A stretch of 64,000 nt of DNA from Thermomicrobiales bacterium (GTDB lineage Bacteria > Chloroflexota > Chloroflexia > Thermomicrobiales > UBA6265): assembly GCA_042408955.1 (NCBI GenBank), contig JBHOQQ010000172.1, positions 12,798-76,797 on the forward strand, read 5' to 3'. Made by a program: the position numbers and the translations under genes. The notes beneath the pieces were generated by a model. That model had not been told where the DNA came from. It saw nothing but the letters and a program-made list of their open reading frames with translations, and ran no database searches. Position 1 is the stretch's first letter. Each line of letters starts with the position of its first letter. Below are positions 18,922-28,879 of this stretch, in pieces.

Positions 18922-19928
18922 GCGTAGCTAATCCGTGGATCCAGGAACAAGTAGGCTAAATCTACCACCAAGTTCATCAAGACGAAAATCAAGGCAATGA
19001 TCAGCGTGGTGGCCATGATGGCATTGTAATCGACCGATTCAATGGCCTTGACGGCATACCGGCCGATGCCGGGCCATGAGAAGACGATCTCGACGAGGAA
19101 TGCGCCAGAGAGCAGGAGGCCAATCTGGAGCCCGAGCGACGTTACTGTCGGGAGCAGAGCATTCTTCAAAGCATGGCGCGAGATCACCGTGGATTGCGCC
19201 AGTCCCTTTGCTCGCGCGGTGCGAATGTAATCTTGATTGAGCACCTCCAGCATGCCGCCTCGGACCATCCGCGTGACGACAGCAAGCGAGCCGTAGGCAA
19301 GGACGCAGACCGGCATCAGCAGATGCTCAACGGCGATCTTGAGCACGTGCCAGTTACCGGTCAGGAGCGCATCAATGGTGTAGAGGGACGTGATCGAGCG
19401 AGGTGGCTGGACGTTGACGGGTAACCGCTGCCCGTCCGGCAGCCACCCCAGCTTACCAAAGAACACGAACTGCACGACAAGAGCGAGCCAAAAGACGGGG
19501 AGCGCTAGACCCGAGATCGAGACAAAGCGGGCGATATGGTCAATCAGCGTGTCGCGCTTCACCGCCGAGGCGACCCCGAGGGGTATCCCGACAGCGGTCG
19601 CAATGAGAAAGGCATACAAGCCAAGCTCGATCGTCGCAGGGAGATAGCGCTTGAGATCCTCGCGCACCGGCTTGCGCGATGAGAATGACTTCCCGAAATC
19701 AAGCTGAACGACACCCTTGACATAATTGATGTATTGAATTGGCACCGGCTTGTCGAGACCGTAATCCTTGCGGATCTTCTCAACTGCGCTTTTGCTGGCA
19801 CGGGGGCCAGCGATCATCCGGGCTGGATCGGCAGGAACGAGATGCGAGAGCGTAAAGGTGATAAGCGACAGGCCAACCAGCACGAAGACAAGGAAGATGA
19901 GCCGGCGGACAATAAGTCGAACGATCAC
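18918..19928 (-). CDS. Peptide/nickel ABC transporter permease (DppB/OppB-like)
   Basis: MIVRLIVRRLIFLVFVLVGLSLITFTLSHLVPADPAR...DYIRTARAKGLAQSTVISRHALKNALLP. Confidence 0.9.
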   Translation of the reverse strand: MIVRLIVRRLIFLVFVLVGLSLITFTLSHLVPADPARMIAGPRASKSAVEKIRKDYGLDKPVPIQYINYVKGVVQLDFGKSFSSRKPVREDLKRYLPATIELGLYAFLIATAVGIPLGVASAVKRDTLIDHIARFVSISGLALPVFWLALVVQFVFFGKLGWLPDGQRLPVNVQPPRSITSLYTIDALLTGNWHVLKIAVEHLLMPVCVLAYGSLAVVTRMVRGGMLEVLNQDYIRTARAKGLAQSTVISRHALKNALLPTVTSLGLQIGLLLSGAFLVEIVFSWPGIGRYAVKAIESVDYNAIMATTLIIALIFVLMNLVVDLAYLFLDPRISYA

Positions 19929-20064
19929 GAGCTAGCCCTCACGCGTGATACTCATGGCACCGGGCTGGCATCGGCGCTCGCGCACGTCCTCCACGGGCTA
20001 GCCGTCCGTGTCGCGCCCGCCTTGCTCATCACGACTGAACCCGGTGCCGGTCATCGAGTCCGTG

Positions 20065-21783
20065 TTACGAGGCTGCCTCCCTGTACATGCGATAGTATGG
20101 ATAGGCCTCAAGATACAAGGGGTTGGCATAGAACCCCTTGATGTCGTTGCGCAGAATCGTATAGTACTGCACCTCTCCGTAGTAGATGGCGGGCGGGTCC
20201 TGCTCGGTCAGAATGTTCTGCGCCTCTTTCATCAACTCGATGAGACGGTTCTCATCGGTAACATTCGCGGCCTCAGCCATGATCTCCTCGAACCGGTCGT
20301 TCACCCAGCCGCCCGCGTTGCTCCCTCCTCCGCCGGTCGCGTCCTTGGTGAAGTTGGGATACAACTGATTCCACGGGTCGTTGTAGTCGGGCCACCACGC
20401 CCAAGCGCCGAGGAATTCCGGCTTCTCTTCGGGGGGAGCGTCGCCGAAGATGATATCGTTGTGCGTGGCCGTGTCCACTTCGACAAGGTTCAACACGAAG
20501 CCCATCTTCTGGACGTTGGCTTGGAAGAGCTGGGCAACGAGCTTCTCGACCTCGTCCTCCGACGGCAGTTGGTAGGTGAAGGTCGCTCCCTCGGTGAAGC
20601 CAGCGGACAGAATAAGCTCTTTAGCGCGGTCGAGATCCGTGGTATAGAGGAACACATTGGGATCATAACCTTTGACAGTCGTGGGGATCGGCCCTGAGCG
20701 CTTGAGGAGCCCTCGGTACGCACCATTGATCACGTCGTCATACGGGAAGGCGTAGGAGAATCCTTGCCGCGCTTCCTTCGGGAGCTTCGCCGCGTTGAGG
20801 ATAATCCAATTGACGCGGGTAGATGGGTAGATCAGCACCTGCAAATTGGGATGGCTCTTCAAGGCTTCGACGTCTTCCGGCGTGAGCGTGAAGGTGGTGG
20901 CATCGGCTTCGCCCTGCTCAAGCAGCTGCCGGCGGACCGCATTCTCAGGCACGATCCGGAAGACGATTTCGTCGAAGTGCGGCCCTTCCCAGCCGCCGTG
21001 GTAGTCATCGAAGCGCTCGAGCCGGATGCGCTCATCGAGCGTGTTTTCCACAAGGCGATAGGGACCAGTGCCAACAGCGTTGAAGCTGAGCCACTCGTGT
21101 GCCCAGGGATCACTCTCGGTCTTGTTGTCTTCCCACGCCTTTGGGCTCACGACATAGGGTCCGTACGATGAGGCCATCGCCGCCAAGAAGAGCGGCTGTG
21201 GGCGACCGAGGTTGAACCGGACGGTGGTAGCGTCCACGACCTCGATCTGGTTTTCGGGATCGTCGCAGAAGCGGGCAATCACGTTATAGGGGCCACGCTC
21301 CATGCGCCGAAAACGGATGAAGGATTGCTTGACCGCCTCGGCGTCGCACGGCGTCCCATCGTGGAACACGGCATTCGCCGGGAGCGTGAACGTGAAGGTG
21401 GAATTGTCAGGGCTTGCCTCCCAGGATTGCGCAAGCATTGGCTCGTACTCATCTGTGCTTTCGCCCTTGTATTGGATCAGCATTTCGTAGCAGGCCAGAG
21501 AGACGGCAGAGCCGATCGTGGTGTAGGTGGAGTGCGGATCGATATCGTTGGTACCAGCAGTAATGATGAGTGTCAGGGTGCCGCTGCTTGCGTCCTGCCG
21601 CGCTGCCCTGAGGGGCGTCAGCCCACGCGCCGTGCCCGCGGATGCCTTCGGGGCATGCGCCATCAGCGCGGTGATAAGCGGTGTCGATAGCCCGAGGCGG
21701 AGACCAGTTTCCAGGATCTGGCGCCGGCTCAGCCGGCCACTGAGGGCATCATGGAAGAATGCCATGTCACGAGCGCTGGTCAT
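20065..21783 (-). CDS. ABC transporter substrate-binding protein, family 5 (peptide/nickel), Tat-type signal
   Basis: MTSARDMAFFHDALSGRLSRRQILETGLRLG...ASA, then an SBP_bac_5-like body (...AMASSYGPYVVSPKAWE...WWPDYNDPWN). The ORF extends to 22137; ATG 21783 is chosen because of the twin-arginine leader. Confidence 0.85.
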   Translation of the reverse strand: MTSARDMAFFHDALSGRLSRRQILETGLRLGLSTPLITALMAHAPKASAGTARGLTPLRAARQDASSGTLTLIITAGTNDIDPHSTYTTIGSAVSLACYEMLIQYKGESTDEYEPMLAQSWEASPDNSTFTFTLPANAVFHDGTPCDAEAVKQSFIRFRRMERGPYNVIARFCDDPENQIEVVDATTVRFNLGRPQPLFLAAMASSYGPYVVSPKAWEDNKTESDPWAHEWLSFNAVGTGPYRLVENTLDERIRLERFDDYHGGWEGPHFDEIVFRIVPENAVRRQLLEQGEADATTFTLTPEDVEALKSHPNLQVLIYPSTRVNWIILNAAKLPKEARQGFSYAFPYDDVINGAYRGLLKRSGPIPTTVKGYDPNVFLYTTDLDRAKELILSAGFTEGATFTYQLPSEDEVEKLVAQLFQANVQKMGFVLNLVEVDTATHNDIIFGDAPPEEKPEFLGAWAWWPDYNDPWNQLYPNFTKDATGGGGSNAGGWVNDRFEEIMAEAANVTDENRLIELMKEAQNILTEQDPPAIYYGEVQYYTILRNDIKGFYANPLYLEAYPYYRMYREAAS

Positions 21784-22154
21784 GCGTTCTCTTCTCCTTC
21801 CGGCGACCGCGACCCTGGGGGTTCCGATAGCGTGTGCGCTCCGCAGATCAGCGACCGCCCTGTCGCATCTGACTTTCAGACATCGATCGTCAGATCTGAG
21901 CTTCGAGTTTGGAACTATACGGATCGAGCGCTGATCCTGCAACAACCGGTCAATCCGAATGCGTCTCCGTGCCCATTCGTCAACGGCGGGGCGATGGTGG
22001 TACGCTGTTGCCGTCCGATCTCGGTCCGCCCGCGCCGCTGGCGTCCCGGCGAGCCTGGCTGCAACCGTCGGGTGACCGCTGCCGAATGAGGGAGATGGAT
22101 GCGCCTTTGAAGCGCTGCCGGCGATCAGCGACACCAATAGGGTTCGTAAGCCGA

Positions 22155-23867
22155 ATGCATCCGGCGATTATCCGGATGTGGCTTGTGGTCACACTGGCCG
22201 CTGCGCTGCTGCCAGCGGTGGCACGGGGCCAAGTGCCCACCTGGCTTTCACCGGAATCAGCCGCCAGCCTCGATCTCGGCTTCCTCGTACTCGTGCCTGC
22301 CGATGTTCCCGCGCCGTTCAATGGTGAGCCGGCAATCGACGCGCGCGATGGGTACTACAGCCTGTACTGGCTCATCCCCGGCTCGCCGCCCACGTATCTC
22401 ATGATCACGGGCGAAGTCGGCGGCACCATCCCAGATTTTTCGTACTACGACCGGAACATTCAGCTTCAGGTGAATGCTGAAGTGCGCGGGCAGCCTGCGT
22501 ACCACGATCTGACGCCCATTTATGACAAGGTGTATTGGGAGGAAAATGGCGTCGTCTATACCGTGGACAGCAAAGGCTTAGCCGAGACCGATTCCCTTTC
22601 GCTCGCCAATGCGTTGGTCCCGCTGTCGGTTCCTGCTCCGGTTGATGAAGGCAGCAGTGATCAGACTCCACCAGACAGCGGGGGGGAGCCGGATCAGACG
22701 CAGGGTGACCAGACTCAGGGCAGCACCGGGGATGCTCCCAGCACCGCGCAGCTTGCGTGTCCAGATTCAGTCGCTCCTGGAGCAGGAGCGGAGATCACTC
22801 TGGTGGGCAACGGCGCCTTGACGGTAGACGCAAGCGACGGCGTCTTCCCGGCGGTACCCCCGAATACTGACTTCGATCCCAACGCGACTGGTAGCGATGT
22901 TGTCCAAGGCCAACTGGCAAATGGGGAACAGGTATCGCTGCAGTGGCAAGCGCCGGACGCACCGCTGACGGCGTATATCTTCGTGCTTGGCCAAAGCGGG
23001 GACGTGCTGGTCGATTGTGCGATCGAGGTGGCAGAGCGCGCGTCAGCTCCTGAGCAGGATTCCAGAGTGATCGGTGATGGTACCGCGATTGATCCGCGCT
23101 TCGATGCCGTAGTCGAGGCCGTGCTCGCGTTTGACCGGGTCCGCATCGGCGATGGCACCGGCGGCCCTGACGTGAGCGACGCACAGCTTCGGAACCTGGT
23201 TGGTGCGCCAGACGTGACGGTGGCTGGACCAACGCCGACCGCGACCGCGACAAAGCCAACACCCACACCCACGCCAACGTTGGCACCGGCGACTGACCCG
23301 AATGGCATGGTGGCGCTGGAAATCGGCCCGGAAGGTGGCCAGCTTGATTGTCCAGCGGGCGCTACACTCGTTGTGCCCCCTGGAGCACTCAAGGAACCCG
23401 CTGTTGTTGCGATTCGCCCAGTGGCAGATAGCAAATTGCCGCGATCCTCTCGGGTTCGCTTAGTGTCGGGAACCGGCTTTGATGTGACGTTTGCCTCAGC
23501 GACCGGGGAATCAATCGGGCGGTTGCTCAAGCCAGCCAATCTCACCGTCACCATTCCTGGGGGCACGCAGGATCGTGTCACGCTCTATCGCGTCAGTGGC
23601 ACCGGGCTTCAAACGCTCTCAGGCGTTGCCGTGTCTGGCGGTGTGGCAACCGTGTCACTGCGTGAATCGGCTCGCCTTGTCGCCGGCGTTCCCGCCCCGG
23701 CGGTGCAGCAAGGGACAGAGCGTGATTCGCTGCCCTTTATTCTCGGAGGCTTGGGCTTCCTGGCGCTTGTGAGCGTCGTCATGCTGCTCGGCAGCGCCGT
23801 CCTCCGCGCACGGCCGAAAGCGGTCATGCCACGCCGCACGGCGCCGAGCCGGGTTCGCTTGCGGTAA
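22155..23867 (+). CDS. Hypothetical multi-domain exported protein with C-terminal TM anchor
   Basis: Signal peptide MHPAIIRMWLVVTLAAALLPAVARG, two Pro/Thr/Asp-rich linkers, and a C-terminal LPFILGGLGFLALVSVVMLLGSAVLRARPK hydrophobic segment with a basic tail. I recognised no family. Confidence 0.5.
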   Translation: MHPAIIRMWLVVTLAAALLPAVARGQVPTWLSPESAASLDLGFLVLVPADVPAPFNGEPAIDARDGYYSLYWLIPGSPPTYLMITGEVGGTIPDFSYYDRNIQLQVNAEVRGQPAYHDLTPIYDKVYWEENGVVYTVDSKGLAETDSLSLANALVPLSVPAPVDEGSSDQTPPDSGGEPDQTQGDQTQGSTGDAPSTAQLACPDSVAPGAGAEITLVGNGALTVDASDGVFPAVPPNTDFDPNATGSDVVQGQLANGEQVSLQWQAPDAPLTAYIFVLGQSGDVLVDCAIEVAERASAPEQDSRVIGDGTAIDPRFDAVVEAVLAFDRVRIGDGTGGPDVSDAQLRNLVGAPDVTVAGPTPTATATKPTPTPTPTLAPATDPNGMVALEIGPEGGQLDCPAGATLVVPPGALKEPAVVAIRPVADSKLPRSSRVRLVSGTGFDVTFASATGESIGRLLKPANLTVTIPGGTQDRVTLYRVSGTGLQTLSGVAVSGGVATVSLRESARLVAGVPAPAVQQGTERDSLPFILGGLGFLALVSVVMLLGSAVLRARPKAVMPRRTAPSRVRLR

Positions 23868-23872
23868 TGCCG

Positions 23873-26062
23873 TCACGCGATGGCTGTGCAGTGAACTTCC
23901 CGAGGAAGACGAACGGTAAACTCGGCGCCACCGCCAGCAGCGTCGCTGACGGTGATGCGCCCTCCGTGCGCAGCGACCAATTCATGACAGATATACAAGC
24001 CGAGCCCCAGGCCGCCAGCCCCGCCTCGCCCGGAGTTCTCCACCCGGTAAAATGCCGTGAATATGCGCTCCCGGTCTTCGACGGGGATGCCAGGACCCGT
24101 GTCTGAGACGCGCACGATCGCTTCGTTGGCGCTGTCATCGGCTTCCACCGTGACGGTGACGTGCCCGCCGGCGGGCGTGTATTTGATCGCATTGCCGACA
24201 AGGTTATCAATGACTTGATGCAGCCGGTCGGCGTCCCAGCAGCCGACGACGCCAGTGTCAGGTGCCACGAGGTTCAGATGGTGCTCAGGCGCGGTGGGAA
24301 TACGGGATTGCAAGACTTCGCGGCAAATCGCGACCACGTCGACCGGGGCACGGCGAATCTCAAGTCCGCCCGCCCGCAGGCGAGAGACATCCAAGAGATC
24401 GTCCACCAGCCGGGTCATGCGATCGACGTGCCCGGCAATAGCCTGGAGCCGGCGGACGTGATGATCGTGTCCACCCTCCTTGGCCAGCTCTTTCGCGACC
24501 AGCTGCACGAACCCACGAATCGGCGTCAGGGGAGATCTCAGCTCGTGAGAGACAACGGATACGAATTCGTCTTTGACGCGGGCCGCTTCCTTGAGCGCGG
24601 TGATATTGCGGAAGACCGCGACGACTGCTGCGATTTCACCATTAGGTTCCCGAATCGGCGCGGCGCTGGCCAGCACCGGTGTGGTCGTGCCACCGGGGCC
24701 AAGCGCAAGCAACTCCATTCCCTTGATCACCTCTCCCGTCCGGAGTACCGCGTCGATTGGCAGCGGCTCGGCGCCAGGTAGCGCGTTGTCGTGCCCGATG
24801 AGACGCCCACGGAGATCAGCATCCCGCAAGGGGCCAAAGAGAGCGGTCGCGGCATCGTTCGCCGCGAGAATCCGGCCGTCTGGTGGCGCGGCTAGCACAA
24901 CCGCTTCCGGCAGCGCCGTGAGCACATGCGCGAGGCGTTGCTGCTCTGCCCGAGCGCGCTGTAACAGCGTCTCTCGCTCGGCGCTCGCGCTGGCTGCTTC
25001 GATGATCGGTGCGACTTGCTCGACCAGCGCCTCGAATTTCGCGATCTCGACTGGAGTGAACCGGTGCCTGGCCAGCAAGCCAATGACTGCCACCCCGCGG
25101 AGGACTCCATCGCTACCGATGATCGGCATTCCCAAAACGGAGCGCAGCGCCGTGTCCTGCAGGGCGGCTTTGTCCACGCGGGGATCGCGCGCAAGATCCT
25201 CGATCGCGAGGGTGCGGAGCTCCTGCGCGACGAGACCGGCGAAGCCAGCGACGAAGGCCGGTGGCTGGTCACGCTCGGCGGACGACGTGCCGAAGCCATA
25301 ACGGGCGGCGAGGGTGAGCGTGGCATCATTGTCGCCAGCAAGAAAGAGGACTCCCGCGTGCGCTCCGTGCATGCCGACAAGTGCCCGCAACACTCCCTCG
25401 AAGACTTTGCGGCGCCCGGCCTCGTCTCCCGGAGCATTGGTGGCGGCCGCGCGGAGCGAGGCCAGCACGCTGGCGGTTGACCTCGCAATGATCGCCGCTC
25501 GCCGGTCCTCCATACTTCGCTGCTTGACGCGCTCGATCAGCGCGATGACGACCAGGCCAGAGGCGAGCGTGGCGCCGAAGCCAAGACCTTCAGCGACATC
25601 TTTGGGCACACTGAAGTTGGAGCGGTCGCCGACGAACAGCACATCGAGCGCCAGCGAGGCGAGCACCAACGAGGTGATGCCGCCGGCCCAATCGGCGAGG
25701 TAGGTCGCGAACGCCACTGCCACCAGGAGCACAACGCCTGGAGTCGTTACGGGCAACGCGGGGCTGAACAGCGCGAGGATTGGCGCTGGGAGGAGCACGA
25801 TGATCGCGCCCGCGAGCAACCGCCAGGGTTCGTGCAGGATGACTGGGCGGCGCGAAAGCAGTGCCAGTGCGCGTTGGGCCCGGCCGGTAGCTCGATCCCG
25901 GCGGAAATTGGGCACCCGCGGATGCCACCGGGAGTGGTGAGCGGGCCGGGCGGAGCGCAGCGTGCGATCAAGAAACGCCACGTGATGCGATTCTAGCGGG
26001 GCGAAAGCTTTGGGCAGCCAGACGGCAGACCTGGGCAGGCTTCGTCGCTGTCTCGCGGTCAC
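23873..26062 (-). CDS. Orphan sensor histidine kinase (membrane DUF4118-like N-terminus, GAF, PAS, HisKA, HATPase)
   Basis: H-box FVSVVSHELRSPLTPIRGFVQL, N-box NLVGNAIKYTP, SDTGPGIP, GLGLGLYICHELVAAHGG. No adjacent regulator. The start (GTG 26062) is uncertain. Confidence 0.85.
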   Translation of the reverse strand: MTARQRRSLPRSAVWLPKAFAPLESHHVAFLDRTLRSARPAHHSRWHPRVPNFRRDRATGRAQRALALLSRRPVILHEPWRLLAGAIIVLLPAPILALFSPALPVTTPGVVLLVAVAFATYLADWAGGITSLVLASLALDVLFVGDRSNFSVPKDVAEGLGFGATLASGLVVIALIERVKQRSMEDRRAAIIARSTASVLASLRAAATNAPGDEAGRRKVFEGVLRALVGMHGAHAGVLFLAGDNDATLTLAARYGFGTSSAERDQPPAFVAGFAGLVAQELRTLAIEDLARDPRVDKAALQDTALRSVLGMPIIGSDGVLRGVAVIGLLARHRFTPVEIAKFEALVEQVAPIIEAASASAERETLLQRARAEQQRLAHVLTALPEAVVLAAPPDGRILAANDAATALFGPLRDADLRGRLIGHDNALPGAEPLPIDAVLRTGEVIKGMELLALGPGGTTTPVLASAAPIREPNGEIAAVVAVFRNITALKEAARVKDEFVSVVSHELRSPLTPIRGFVQLVAKELAKEGGHDHHVRRLQAIAGHVDRMTRLVDDLLDVSRLRAGGLEIRRAPVDVVAICREVLQSRIPTAPEHHLNLVAPDTGVVGCWDADRLHQVIDNLVGNAIKYTPAGGHVTVTVEADDSANEAIVRVSDTGPGIPVEDRERIFTAFYRVENSGRGGAGGLGLGLYICHELVAAHGGRITVSDAAGGGAEFTVRLPREVHCTAIA

Positions 26063-26147
26063 ACTATACGTACAGTGTGGTGCCTGTCAAGCCAGGCAAC
26101 GAGATATCGCCAGAGCGCGCGTTGTCTCGACCGTGCGTGGCTCGCGG

Positions 26148-27383
26148 CTACACTGACCTACCGTGCTCCATCAATTCCCCGCGGATGATCTCGCCGAGGA
26201 TGCGCACACCCCGCTCGATTTGCTCCTCAGTCGGGTAGGAGAACGAGAGCCGCATCTGGTTGGCGCCGCTGCCGTCTACATAGCAGGTGACTCCTGGCAG
26301 GTATTCCACTCCCCGCTCACGGGCTTGTGGCAGCATCCGCGCGGTGTCGATCCCCTCCGGCAGCGTAACCCAAATAAAGAACCCACCTTGCGGCGTTGTC
26401 CACGTCGTGCCTGGCGGCATGTGACGGGCCAGGGCATCGAGCATCGCGTCGCGCCGTCGCCGGTAGAGGGTGCGGAGTGCCGAGACATGGGCAGGGAGAT
26501 GGTCGGGTAGCCAGGCCGCGGCGATATGGGAGCCGATGATATTCGTGCCCCCATCAATTTTGAGCACGGAAAGCTTCTCGATAATCTCCTCCGGGGCGAT
26601 CAGCCAGCCGAGGCGCATGCCAGCGCCCATCGTCTTGGAAAGCGTGCCAAGATAGATTGTGGAACCGCTTGAATCGAGCGCATAGAGTGAGGGGATCGGC
26701 TCGCCTTCGTAACGAAGGTCATGATAGGCATCGTCTTCGACGATCATCGTTCCATATGCTTGTGCAAGCTCGATCAGCCGGCGGCGGCGGTTCAACGAGG
26801 TGGAAATGCCACTCGGGTTTTGGAAATTGCTGATGACATAGATGAACTTCGGGGTTATGCCCTCGGCGCGCAAGCGCGCTAGCTCGCGCTCCATGGCGTC
26901 AGTGTCGGGACCTTCGTCGTCGAGCGGGATGGCAACTGCCTGACCGCCGACGTTGCGCAGCGCCCAGAGAAAGCCCATCCACGTCGGTGCTTCGACGATC
27001 ACCGTGTCACCCCAATCGAGAAACAGATCGAGCAAGAGCTGGACACCTTGGGAGCCACCAGCGGTAATCATCACATTTTCTGGACGGGCGACGATTCCCT
27101 GGTCACGGCGGAGCTTGTCCAGCAGCGCCTCGACGAGGCAGGGAGCACCAGTCGTCTTGCCATACTGAAGCGCCCATTCCCCCTCGGTCTCGAGCGCGCG
27201 CACGGCTGCTTCGGCCACGCTGCGCTTCGGCAGTGATCCGGCATCGGGGAAGCCGTAGAGAAACGTGACCATATTGGCCGACTCATGAGGGTCACCGATG
27301 CGCGGCCGAGGGGCTTCCCGCCCCCGGCGCGAGTAGAGCTGCTCGTAGCTGCGCGCTGGCTCGGTGACAGATGTCAGGACCAT
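26148..27383 (-). CDS. Class I/II PLP-dependent aminotransferase (LysN/MocR-catalytic-domain-like)
   Basis: ...FLYGFPDAGSLP...YVISNFQNPSGIS...IVEDDAYHDLRYEG...LGTLSKTMGAGMRLGW (PLP-Lys context). Confidence 0.85.
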   Translation of the reverse strand: MVLTSVTEPARSYEQLYSRRGREAPRPRIGDPHESANMVTFLYGFPDAGSLPKRSVAEAAVRALETEGEWALQYGKTTGAPCLVEALLDKLRRDQGIVARPENVMITAGGSQGVQLLLDLFLDWGDTVIVEAPTWMGFLWALRNVGGQAVAIPLDDEGPDTDAMERELARLRAEGITPKFIYVISNFQNPSGISTSLNRRRRLIELAQAYGTMIVEDDAYHDLRYEGEPIPSLYALDSSGSTIYLGTLSKTMGAGMRLGWLIAPEEIIEKLSVLKIDGGTNIIGSHIAAAWLPDHLPAHVSALRTLYRRRRDAMLDALARHMPPGTTWTTPQGGFFIWVTLPEGIDTARMLPQARERGVEYLPGVTCYVDGSGANQMRLSFSYPTEEQIERGVRILGEIIRGELMEHGRSV

Positions 27384-27553
27384 GTACCTCCGCTCCTCTC
27401 ACGGCTCGATGACGTCACTCCCGGCAGATTGTACCCGGATTCGCTCATCTCCTGGCTGCCGGGCTGACGCTGGCTATCGCTCGCCGTGCGGGATGACAGC
27501 AGTGCGGGGCATCGGGATTGTGCTAGGCGCACAACCGCGCCCTCGGAGCCGGA

Positions 27554-27562
27554 TGGTAGAAT
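27554..27562 (+). promoter_or_regulatory. Candidate extended -10 promoter element for the FNR gene
   Basis: TGGTAGAAT (TGn + TAGAAT) lies 65 nt upstream of ATG 27627, in a divergent intergenic region. Confidence 0.3.
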
Positions 27563-27626
27563 CCAACGAGGGCTTCGGTGATGACGCTCCACGCTCGGTT
27601 CCCACACACAACGCTTGAGGAGAATC

Positions 27627-28676
27627 ATGACCGGGAGTGATGGAATGACATTTTCGACCAACGGCAGCGCGCCAGACATGGATGTGTACGACATCACGAT
27701 CATTGGCGCGGGACCGACCGGGTTGTTTGCAGCGTTCTACGCGGGCATGCGCCAGGCGCGCACACAGATCATTGATTCGCTTGAGGAGCCGGGCGGAGCC
27801 CTCACCGCGATTTATCCGGAAAAGTACATCTACGATGTGGCTGGGTTTCCGAAAATCCTGGCGAAGGACCTCGTCGAGCAGATGGTAATCCAGGCCATGC
27901 GCGACCGCCCAGCGCTACACCTGAACGAAGAAGTGTTGGGCCTGGAGCGTTTGCCTGACGGGATCCTGAAGCTGACGACGAGCCGCACGACACGCTACAG
28001 CAAGACGGTTATCGTCTGCGCTGGGGTGGGCGCGTTTGAGCCCAAGCGCTTGGAGGCTCCCGGTGTGCGCGAGCTCGAAGGTAAGGGCGTTCACTATTTC
28101 GCTAAGCGGGTCGAGACCTTCCGCGACAAGGATGTCGTCATCGTCGGGGGCGGGGATTCGGCGGTGGATTGGGCGCTGACACTGGAGCCGATCGCCAACC
28201 ACGTCACATTGATTCACCGCTCCAAGTTCCGAGCTCACGAGGCATCAGTCAAGCAGCTCGAAGAATCCCGCGTCGAGCTGCGGTATCCCGGCTGCGAGAT
28301 CGTGGCCGCCCACGCTGGCGAGGACGGTCACCTAGCTGCCGTGACGTACAAGAATGCTGAAGGGGAGCACTTCCGCATCCCGGCCGACGAACTGATTGTG
28401 GCGATTGGTTTCGTCGCCGATTTGGGACCGCTGAAGACATGGGGCTTTGAGCTCCAGAAGAACCAGATCGTGGTCGACAAGATCACCATGGCCACGAACA
28501 TCCCTGGAGTCTTCGCCGCGGGGGATATCTGCTGGTACCCAGCAAAGTTCAAGCTGATTGCGACCGGCGCAGCCGAGGCGGTAACGGCTGTCAATCACGC
28601 CGTGACCTTCTACGATCCGAAGGCACGGCTCGATCCCGGCCATTCGACGAATATCATGGCCGCCCGCGAGGCCTGA
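27627..28676 (+). CDS. Ferredoxin-NADP+ reductase, thioredoxin-reductase-like type (YumC class)
   Basis: DVYDITIIGAGPTGLFAAFYAGMR...LEEPGGALTAIYPEKYIYDVAGFP...VVIVGGGDSAVDWAL...GVFAAGDI. There is no CxxC redox pair. GAGGAG precedes ATG 27627 (the ORF caller used TTG 27615). Confidence 0.85.
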   Translation: MTGSDGMTFSTNGSAPDMDVYDITIIGAGPTGLFAAFYAGMRQARTQIIDSLEEPGGALTAIYPEKYIYDVAGFPKILAKDLVEQMVIQAMRDRPALHLNEEVLGLERLPDGILKLTTSRTTRYSKTVIVCAGVGAFEPKRLEAPGVRELEGKGVHYFAKRVETFRDKDVVIVGGGDSAVDWALTLEPIANHVTLIHRSKFRAHEASVKQLEESRVELRYPGCEIVAAHAGEDGHLAAVTYKNAEGEHFRIPADELIVAIGFVADLGPLKTWGFELQKNQIVVDKITMATNIPGVFAAGDICWYPAKFKLIATGAAEAVTAVNHAVTFYDPKARLDPGHSTNIMAAREA

Positions 28677-28879
28677 GTGCTGCCGCTTTAGCGCTCAAGC
28701 GTCTTGCCGAAGGGCTGCTCCCGAGCCAGGTTCCCTGCCCGACTTGACTGGGGATGGCCGCCGCTGGCCATGGCGCACGGCATCATCACTCATCACCAGG
28801 CTGCTCCGCTCGGAATGACGCAAGCGGCCGGTGCCGGTGGCTCCCTGCTGCCGGGCAGGCTATCGTGTGATGATCTCCC

